From a virus (lineage: Duplodnaviria; Caudoviricetes), in IMG/VR virus record IMGVR_UViG_3300010381_000010, positions 1-49,997 of that record: a DNA stretch of 49,997 nucleotides, one strand, 5' to 3'. The first letter of the stretch is position 1, and each line of letters starts with the position of its first letter. Under the pieces are notes generated by a model. That model searched no databases. It was not told the DNA's origin and was given only the letters and a program-made list of their open reading frames with translations. This document shows positions 1-8,700 of the stretch, one piece after another. The position numbers were made by a program, and so were the translations under genes.

Positions 1-624
1 ATGAGCGATCTTGAAGATTTTCAAATATACTTGCCGAAATATCTGAGCGAAGAATCAGAAGAAAAACTTTTTGAAAATTTAGCAAACTTTCCAAACAATA
101 TTGGAAAAAACTTTTACGCCCACCATGATCGGTTGTCAGGTTCAATACTTCAAGGAGATGGCGTCAAGGAGCTTCTTGTTATTAATCCAAAAGATTTAAG
201 CAGTAAAGAAGTTTCATGCATGGTTCTTTCAAATTCATGCGACATTGACCCAACCAACAAACGTCCTTTTCAATCTAATGTTGTCTATTCTCCGATTTTT
301 AGCCTTAAAAAGTTTTCAGACGGACTTGAGTCGACTGGAATAAAAAAAGGTCGGGCACTCACCGACTATATTTATTTAATAAAAAAACAAAGGATAACCC
401 AAATTTTTTATTTACCATCCTTCGCGACCGCTTTGGATGAATCAATCGTTTTTCTGGACAGGCTATTCAACTTACCCTTAAGTAAAATTTTTGTCCCAGC
501 TATTAAAGATATAAAAATATTCACACTGGACGATTATGGCTTTTACATTTTCTTATACAAAATATCTTTGCATTTTACTCGAATTAGAGAAAAAATCGAT
601 AGGCACGCAGGCCTCGTTTTGTAA
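1..624 (+). CDS. AT-rich accessory hypothetical protein
   Basis: 207-aa ORF, visibly AT-rich versus the phage core; QGD...VLSNSCDI motif; function not recognised. Confidence 0.75.
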   Translation: MSDLEDFQIYLPKYLSEESEEKLFENLANFPNNIGKNFYAHHDRLSGSILQGDGVKELLVINPKDLSSKEVSCMVLSNSCDIDPTNKRPFQSNVVYSPIFSLKKFSDGLESTGIKKGRALTDYIYLIKKQRITQIFYLPSFATALDESIVFLDRLFNLPLSKIFVPAIKDIKIFTLDDYGFYIFLYKISLHFTRIREKIDRHAGLVL

Positions 625-795
625 CGGGCAGCCAGGATCACTTCGTTATATTGACTTCACGAGTTGGGTCCGCCTCGCACGGGCCTTTTCTATTCTCTCG
701 CAGCCTTCTATTCACCGCCAGCCCCCTCCTACCTCTCTTTTGGGAAACTGACCTGCCCGGGCATTTTTTTGACTTCGGCAAAGTTCGGCGCCGTC

Positions 796-835
796 TGGGT
801 TGACTGTAGGTCACTTCTGACCTACAGTCAACCCA
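796..835. promoter_or_regulatory. hicAB promoter/operator: perfect 18-bp inverted repeat containing TTGACT-N17-TACAGT
   Basis: TGGGTTGACTGTAGGTCA-cttc-TGACCTACAGTCAACCCA; -35 at 800-805, -10 at 823-828, ATG at 835. Confidence 0.8.
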
Positions 836-1035
836 TGAAAGCCAAGCAGTTCAGAAAACTCCTTGCCCGCCATGGCGTAAAATTCATCAAGTCTCGGGGC
901 AAAGATGGCCATTGGATCGCTATCAATGGCGACAAGCAAACAACCGTGCCCGACCATGGTGGAATCGACTTTGGAAAGGATTTCCTGAAAGACATTTGCC
1001 AACAGCTTGGCCTTGATCCCAAGGAGGTGCTGTGA
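835..1035 (+). CDS. hicA: HicA family toxin (mRNA interferase)
   Basis: 66 aa, MKAKQFRKLLARHG...GKDGH...TTVPDHG...ICQQLGL pattern; stop overlaps hicB start (TGATG). Confidence 0.9.
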   Translation: MKAKQFRKLLARHGVKFIKSRGKDGHWIAINGDKQTTVPDHGGIDFGKDFLKDICQQLGLDPKEVL

Positions 1036-1484
1036 TGTTTTACCCGATTACCCTTACCCCTGACGAAAATGGGACCGTTATTGCGAAGGTTCCTGACGTC
1101 CCAGGTGTTATGACCATCGGGGCCGATGAGCGGGAAGCCAAAGAGATGGCCCTCGACGCTCTTTTGACCATGATCGCATACCTCATCATTGAGCGAAAAC
1201 CGGTCTCTCTGCCGTCAAAAGCCCCGGGGCTCGATCCCTATATTGAACTTCCGCCGCTGGTTGTAGCCAAGGTCGCCATTCATAATGCCATGATTGACCA
1301 GGAGGTCACCCAGGTCGCCCTGGCCGAGCGTTTGAAGACCGATCCAAAGGCGATTCGCCGCTTGCTGGATATAGACCATAAATCCAAGTGGGAGCAGCTT
1401 GAAGCCGCACTTCGAGAGCTTGGTTTTGTGATCCACGCCAGGGTGGAACGGGCGGAATGGTTGCCGACATTTCATGCGGCGTAG
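1035..1484 (+). CDS. hicB: HicB family antitoxin with C-terminal HTH
   Basis: YPITLTPDENG...VPDVPG..T.G...EA..MA.DAL N-terminus; HTH TQVALAERL...IRRLLD; AAGGAGG RBS. Confidence 0.9.
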   Translation: MFYPITLTPDENGTVIAKVPDVPGVMTIGADEREAKEMALDALLTMIAYLIIERKPVSLPSKAPGLDPYIELPPLVVAKVAIHNAMIDQEVTQVALAERLKTDPKAIRRLLDIDHKSKWEQLEAALRELGFVIHARVERAEWLPTFHAA

Positions 1485-1522
1485 GAGATTCTTGACACAC
1501 CAAAAATATGGTGCGGGCTTGG

Positions 1523-1555
1523 TTGACAAGTTGGCTTAGCCAGCTTAGCTATTGT
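1523..1555 (+). promoter_or_regulatory. Putative promoter/operator for the RHH-antirepressor unit
   Basis: TTGACA at 1523-1528; direct repeat GCTTAGC at 1534-1540 and 1543-1549; the -10 box is ambiguous. Confidence 0.5.
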
Positions 1556-1568
1556 CCAGGAGACGCGG

Positions 1569-1718
1569 ATGGATACGACAATCATTAACGTTCGGAAATT
1601 CCCGACAAACCTACATCGAGAGGTCAAAATCGCCGCAATAAAGGAGGGCATGACCTTCCGCGATTGGCTTATTCGGGCTTGCGAGGAAAAGTTGGAGCGT
1701 TCCAAAGAAACCAAGTAA
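1569..1718 (+). CDS. Small ribbon-helix-helix (Arc/Mnt/ParG-like) repressor, 49 aa, absent from the ORF track
   Basis: MDTTIINVRKFPTNLHREVKIAAIKEGMTFRDWLIRACEEKLERSKETK; AGGAG RBS; strand-helix-G-helix RHH pattern. Confidence 0.8.
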   Translation: MDTTIINVRKFPTNLHREVKIAAIKEGMTFRDWLIRACEEKLERSKETK

Positions 1719-1792
1719 CAAAAGCGGCCCCGGCCAGACGTTCCCGCGTCCAACCGGAGCCTAACCACAGCCAACCTTACAAGGAGGTTGTC

Positions 1793-2752
1793 ATGGCTCA
1801 GGCTATTTTATCCGAACCCGTTTCGTCGGGCAATCCCGTTCCCTTCGCCTTCGAGTCCCACCAAATTCGCACCATCATGGATGGCAACAGCAACCCGTGG
1901 TTCGTAGCTCGAGACATCGCGGGAACCCTGGGTATCGCTTGGTCCGGAAGAACCCTTGATATCGTCCCCGACGATTGGCAAAGGATGATGAAACTCATCA
2001 CCCATCGGCGTGGACTTCAAGCCATGAAGACGATCTCCGAGCCTGCCGTCTACAAGCTGGCTTTCCGGTCGAACAAGCCCGAGGCAGACCGCTTCACAAA
2101 TTGGGTCGCCTCCGAGGTCATCCCCGCCCTGCGCCGGCAGGGGAAATACGAAATCTGTCCGTCCCCGGAGCCAGCCCGCCCCACCACTGCCAAAGAGCGC
2201 AACGCGCTGACCACGCTCATCAACCGCTACGTCGGCCTGCTTCCTGGCAGCCCAAACCAGGAGGCCTACAAGGCGGCATGGCGCAAGGTCCACGATGTGA
2301 TGGGTATCAAGGGAATCGAGGAACTGACCGTCGAGCAGCTTCCCCGGGCCTTAGTGTTCGTACAAAGCCTGATCGATGCCTTGGCCTTGCCCCAGGGCGA
2401 TGCCCTCAAGGCCCTTCCGGTCGTCACCCCTCCCCTCTCCACGATCCGGGACTACGCTTCCATCTTCCAGAGTCTGCCCAAGGATATGAGGTACTGGCGC
2501 GACCTGACCAACCGCCTGGGCGACGCCAGCGACAGGTTTCGAGCCGAACTGAGAGCCATCGAAAAGAATGCCATGCGGCCGTTCAAGGAAGACCGGCGCG
2601 TCGGGATTGCGACCTTCCTCGATTTCGCCACCATCGAATCGTACACGCAGCTTTTCCGCATTGCCGAACAAGGGCAGCATACCGTCTACATGGGCGTGTA
2701 CGGCGCGCTGTGCGGGCTTCAAAGCCTGCATGATTTACTGCTGCGCGGGTAG
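1793..2752 (+). CDS. Bro-N domain phage antirepressor
   Basis: F.FESHQIRTI..NPWFVARDIA..LG...ISEPAVYKLAFRSNKPEA.RF.NWV.SEVIPALRRQG; antirepressor C-terminal-like AWRKVH..MGI..IEEL..EQL; AAGGAGG RBS. Confidence 0.9.
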   Translation: MAQAILSEPVSSGNPVPFAFESHQIRTIMDGNSNPWFVARDIAGTLGIAWSGRTLDIVPDDWQRMMKLITHRRGLQAMKTISEPAVYKLAFRSNKPEADRFTNWVASEVIPALRRQGKYEICPSPEPARPTTAKERNALTTLINRYVGLLPGSPNQEAYKAAWRKVHDVMGIKGIEELTVEQLPRALVFVQSLIDALALPQGDALKALPVVTPPLSTIRDYASIFQSLPKDMRYWRDLTNRLGDASDRFRAELRAIEKNAMRPFKEDRRVGIATFLDFATIESYTQLFRIAEQGQHTVYMGVYGALCGLQSLHDLLLRG

Positions 2753-2764
2753 GCGCGAAAGACG

Positions 2765-2792
2765 AAAAAGGGCCGCTCGAAAGAGCGGCCCT
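2765..2792 (-). terminator. Intrinsic terminator between convergent antirepressor and polyvalent protein genes
   Basis: AGGGCCGCTC-gaaa-GAGCGGCCCT stem with an A-run on the left (U-tract on the minus strand). Confidence 0.8.
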
Positions 2793-2796
2793 AAGT

Positions 2797-5700
2797 TCAG
2801 TAGACTGCCCGATCTTCCTTGACTTCTCTCCGCATACGCTTCGCTGGTGCCAACGGCCGTGCCCGAGCCTTGAGCGCTGAGGAAAGGTCGATGACCATGC
2901 CGCGCTTCTTGTCCTTGAGCGCCTGAGCATTCCACTCGCGGACCTGCCGGCGGATGGCCCGCACCTCGTCCATATCACGCCGGCGCATGGCGTTGGCGTA
3001 GCGGTCGGCAAATCCCTTCTGGGCGTCCAGCCGGAACTGGTTCTGTGCCTGGATGGTATCGGCGGCCGTGTACTGGTTCGTCAGTTCGACCGGCGAGAAC
3101 CCAAGCATTTTGGCGATGGTCTCGGCCGTGGTCAGCGTCATGGGCCCGCGCTCACCTAGGCGGGGTATTGGCTTCCCTGACTGCGTGTAGGCCCCTTCGT
3201 CGTGGAGGCGCATGGCATTGGCCACGTTACGCACCACACTTGGCGTGGCCGGCGAAAGCGCCACCGCACGCCCCATATTCCCGGATTTAATCGCGCCGAG
3301 CATCTGCCCTGTTTCCTGAGCAAACGATCCGGGGATACCCAGAATAGCCCAAATGGGATTTCCTCCCTTGCTGGCCATTTCAGAGCTCACTGGCAAATCC
3401 ATGCCCAGCGATCCGGACAGATGGACACCAGAGGCGGCCGGCATGCCGTAGATGAGCAAGTCGCCCATGAGACCGCCGCCAACGGCTTTGCGTAATTTCC
3501 GTTCAAGGTCATCACCGGTCTGCCCGGTGAAGGTTGCCATGAGACTGCGATAGCCTGGCGCAGCGGCCAGTCCTCCCAAGGCCACCAAGCCAGCCATCGA
3601 GCGCAGCAAGGCCTTGCGTCCTTCTGGACCAGATTTCACCATGTGAGCCCACAGGCTCATCATGTTGTGCGAGAAGGTCCGGAACTGGTAGGCGCTGGAA
3701 GCCCACTTCCCGGCATCGGAACCACGAAACACCTCGGGCATGTTGGACCGACCGTAGACGAAATGGGCGTCATTGGTGACCATGCGAGCAAACTCGATGG
3801 CGTTGTCATGGCCGAATTTCTGGCCAGACTGGACATGGAATTGCTGCAACGTCTTGGCGTTGGTCACGTCGCCGGCCCTGGCGGCCCGATATGCGGCCAG
3901 GGCCAGGGAGGCGCGGTTGAAGCGTTCGGTCAGTTCCATGGGCAAACCCAGAACATCCATGACCCGGCCCCACGCCTTCGTGGCGGGGCTGTCCGCGACC
4001 TGTAACCGCATCTGCTCCAGGAATTGCGCCCGGGTGTCGCCGGCAGCGTAGAGCGTGTGCAGCATGTCGGCCTCATCCGGGGTGATCCGGCGCAGATTGT
4101 CGGTCTTCCCCGACCAGGAGTACTTGGCGAGATCGGTCAGATCGGTCAGGGCGGAAACGAAATTCCGGCCTGCCCTCTTGGAGTGCATGGACAGGGTCGG
4201 GACACCAGAAATGACATTCTGAGTCAGGTTGATCGCAGCGGTCGAGATACGCCCACCAAGGTACTTCACATACCCGATGGACTTGAGAAGGCTTACCGTA
4301 CGGTCAACCTTGGTTTGGTTCCCGAGCATGTCCCGCATGTAGTTGAGGGCGTAGTCGTAGAGCTTCGGCTCTTTCTTGGCCTCAAACTCGTGCATGATCT
4401 GCGTGAAGTCTTTGGCCGCCTCCATCTTGGTCAGGAAGCCATAGAGCCCGTTCATGTGGTCGTAGAAGGTGCGCTTGATGTCTCCCGTCTCGAACCCTGG
4501 AACGTTCTGTCGCTGGATAAGGTGCTGGCCAAAGCCCCGGGCCTTGAACACGTCGGCCATGGACTTGTTGAGAGCCTTCTCCACGTCGGCGCGAAGCGGC
4601 TGGCCATCGGCTCCGGTTTCGGGAAGCTGGTCCACGCCGGCCTTGAGAACCTGTTGGATGGCTTCGACCGGGATCGGGTAGGAGTAGACAGCCTCAGGAA
4701 GGTTCTCGACAGCACCGTATTCCCACTTGGCGTCCGGGTACTGCTCACGCAAGGCGGCGATCCGCTTCTTGGCCTCGGCCGCCACGCGGGCTGATCCGAT
4801 TTTGCGTTTCACGTCTATGCTCCCGCCAAGAATATTGAAATGTTCCCGGTGGAGCGTCTTGGGCCGGCCAAGCTCGTCTTTCTCGCTGGGGCTGGTGGCC
4901 CGAATGTAGAAGTCCCCTTGCCGAGAATGCGGGAAGTAATTGTGGATTTTCCCGAACGATGCGCGCAGCTTCTCGACCTCGCCGGCGTCGGCATCCGACA
5001 TACCCGCGAAACGGTTGTAGAGGTCGATGTACCCGGCATCGAGCGCCCGGCGCACATCGGCAATCCCCTTGGCCACAGCCTCATTGGAGCCAAACGCATC
5101 GCGCAGGTGTTGTTCCAGGGCGGCATAATGCTCATCGTTGAGCACCAGTTTGGTACGGCCGTTGTCGAGCTTACCGTCTGCCCTGGCCCAGTCGCCCACG
5201 CCCTCAATCTTCTTCCCGTCGATTTGCCAAATGATGTCCTGGGCCTTGGCCAGGTCGTCGCCAGTGAGATCCATGAACGATTCGGCAGTGCCTATGGCAT
5301 CCGTGACCTTGGTCGTGCGATCATCCCGGCGCCGCATCTGCCGGTCGTAGAGCTTGGCGAAAGTCGGATAGTCCTTGGCGATCCAGTGGGGCAACGACAC
5401 GAAACGGCGCAACGTGGAAATGTCGTTCTTGGTGTTCGCTTCGATCGGGACGCCCTTGAGTATTTCGTCTTTCTCTTCAATGGCTCTCTTGGCAGTGGGG
5501 ACGGCCTTGCGCAGCATGGCGTCCGGCTGGGCCTCCTGGCGCATAGCCGGGGCAGCCATGGCCATATGGCCACCGCCGCCCAGCATTTTTGCTTCGTCAG
5601 CGGAGTGGCGCGCCTCGAATGCCTGCCGCAGGAAGTCCCGAGTCTCGGCATCGGTCCAGCCGATTTTCACGCCTATCTTGTCGGAGACGGCCCGCAACCA

Positions 5701-8700
5701 TCGGGCCATGGCCGCCACGTACTTGTCGTACCAGCGGGCTTGCGACGGACTGGCTAAATCCCCGAGGGAAGTGTGCATCAACCACTCTTCGGTGACGTCG
5801 CGCCGGCCCTGGGCCGATCGCAGATCGATATCTTTGTACCCCTGCCCCTCCTTGTCGTTGGACAGCCATTCCCGGATGCCGCGGTTGTTGGCCGCATAGA
5901 TGGCATCAAGGGTGTTGCCGACATGCTGCGCCCCGCCGCGCACTTCGTCCCCCATGGACCGGGTGCGCTGGCGAAGGGCTTCTAGGCCGTCATGGCCGGC
6001 TTCGTGGATGACCGACTTGATGGCATCCTCGATGGTTTCATGGTTGCCGGCGAAAACCGTGGGGCGATCGGTGAAAACGCCTTTCGCGCCCAAATTCCCG
6101 GTGCGTTCCATATACCGGCGCAGGGCCTGGTTTTGGAGATCCTCCGGGCTGTCGTGAATGATGACATTCTCAAAAGGAGTTCCGGACAACTTGGCGCGGA
6201 GGTCGGACGCTGAGACGGAAGCGGGCTGACCCTCGTCACCCTTGCGGTACATGGCAACGCCCTTGTCCGTTTCCTTGGTCTTGACCGTCTTGAAGAACTT
6301 GTCGAAGGCCGCATTGATGGCCTCGCGTTCGGCACCCTCCGGGTACGGACGCACACTGAAGAGTTTGTATTCCGGGCGTTCGTTATTCGCGCCATAGACC
6401 AGGAAATCACTACGCCCGCTGCCGCCCTTGATGCGGTCTTCCACGTAGGAGGAAAAAGCGCGTGCGGCCAATTCATGGGGCTCGCCCCAATAGTCGGAAG
6501 CACGCCCCCGGTCCATGAGATAGGCCTCCCGACGATAGTCCGTCGGAACCTGTTTGGTTTTTTCCGTCTGCGTCCTGGCATCGTCCAGCATCTTCGCTCG
6601 AATCGCGAAGTCACGCACGGATGCGGCCAGATTATTGAAGGGCCCCGTCTTCTCGGCATTAAATCCGCTGCGGCCGCGCACTTCTTTATAGATCGCGGCC
6701 AGGCCGTCGAGTACGTCGTTGCTGTTCCGATAGGACCCAAACCGGCTTCGACGTTTTCCATCGGCGTCGTTGTTGCGCATCTCCAGAGTCAGGTTGTCGC
6801 CGCTGAGCAATTGCGCCGCCAAGGCGTCGAACCGGTCAAGCTGTTCCGGCGTCGCCGGCGCGCGCTTCCGCCCCCATTGCGTCTCCCTGGCAAGATTGGC
6901 ACGGATATCATTCAACCCCTTTTCGAGGTATCCTCGCGCCCGGCCGACGAAACGTTCGGCCTTTTCGGTGTCTTCCTTGTACTGCTCGGCCTTGTAGGCG
7001 ATGTCATGCAAGAGGTTTTCGTAGGCCTTGCGCAGTTCCTCGCGCACCTGGGACTTGTAGCTTGTCCCATGGCTCAAGAAGTCGCGTCCCGCGCTTTTTC
7101 CCGTCTTAAAAACGGTGTCGCCCCGCGCGTTCCGAACCTTCTCGGATGAGGCCTTCGTGTCCTGCCGGGCAAGATAATGGTCCAGGGCGTGAAACCACTC
7201 GTGGGCCAAGGATCCAGCGCCCGTCAACTTCGTCAGGTTGATGACGCCGTAATCTCGCTCGTAGTGCGCTTTCGCGCTGGATAGTCCGCGCCCGCGCGCC
7301 CCGAAGGCAAGAGCCAAGTCGCCGTTGAGCGAAAGTGCTTTCGGCGGGACGTCTAGAACCGCAGCGAGGTCGCCCAGGCCGTCATAGGCATGGTTCAAGA
7401 CCTCCTGCCGCTCGCCCTGGTCGTTCCACTCCCCAAACTCCACGCCGCGGAACCCATAGGCGTCCAGGAAATCCTGCCCCTTTGCCGGGCCTTCCCGCCG
7501 TGGCTCGCCTTCCCGATAGACCTTCTCAGGCCTGGCGAGAATCTCTTCGCCGAACCCGGTCTTGGTATTGAGTATCTCCTCAGCATGCTCGACCATGTAC
7601 CGCTTGGCGGCTTCCTCGGTCTCGAAGCCGTCCTTGATGACCACGGTCTTGCGGTCCGTGACTCTGCGGTAAATCTCCCAGGCGTCTCCGCGCTTGCCTA
7701 TGCGATGCTTGACGGCAACGGCCGCCAGCGGAATCGCTGCCTCGGCATCCTCTTTGGTGTCGAACTTGTATTTCCCGGTTGGAATCCGGCCCTTCTGGTC
7801 AGCGATGGACCAGTAGGTACGATCTTCGCCGGTTTTAAGATTGGCTTCCTTGACCTGTACTGCCTGAAGAGGTTTGCGCCACGCTGGCGTCGTCTCGTCC
7901 CGCCCGGGGATGCGAACCCGAGGGCCGGTTTGCGTTGCGGTGTCCTTGCGCGAACCACCTATCTTTTCACCCAATGTGAGCCCGAACTTTTCCGGCTCGA
8001 GGTCTACGTCACTTTTCGACCTTGGCATCGGAGCGGCTTCCGTCGCAGTTATCTCGGTCGCTTGAGGTTCGGTCGTCGATATCTCCGCTCCCCGCGCTTC
8101 GCCGGGCTTCACATCGCCAGGGAGAGTGGTCTCGTTTTCCTTGGTCTGCGCAAACTGATCGATAGCTGCCTTTAGACCCTTTTGAGTCTTTCCGACGCTG
8201 GGGTCGATGCCCGTGAGTTCGAAGAACGCAGCCCTTGAGTTTACGTTATCCGTGTGACGCAGAAGCCCCCAAAGGGACTTCGCATCTTTGGTGTCAACGG
8301 CACTTTTTACACGGGCGTAAGTCTCCGTTTTCTGGAAGGGGACGCCTACAGCGGATTCCGCCGCAGCGACATTGTAAGCGGTCGCCACGCCTGCGCGATC
8401 CTGCGCACCGCGCAAAGGATCACCCAGCACCTCGCCCTGGGCCTGCACCGTCTCGTAATCAAGAGACGGCCGCGCCTGCCAAATGGCTTCCGCCAACGCC
8501 GCCTTGCCCTGGCCACGCCGGACTTCGACGCCGTCTTTCCATGCCATGTTCTGGATTTCTCCAAGGGGCTTGGCCATCACCTCCTTGAGGAAGGCGCGCT
8601 TGTCCTGCGGCGGCTCCAGGGAAAATCCGGCACCGCCAGTTTGCGGCGGGTTCATCCGGTCGCGTTGCGCCTGCTCCTTGTTGGTCACGTTCGACATCAG

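Noticed and set aside
625-795. Possible att site or prophage boundary
   Set aside because: No tRNA end or matching direct repeat found within the window
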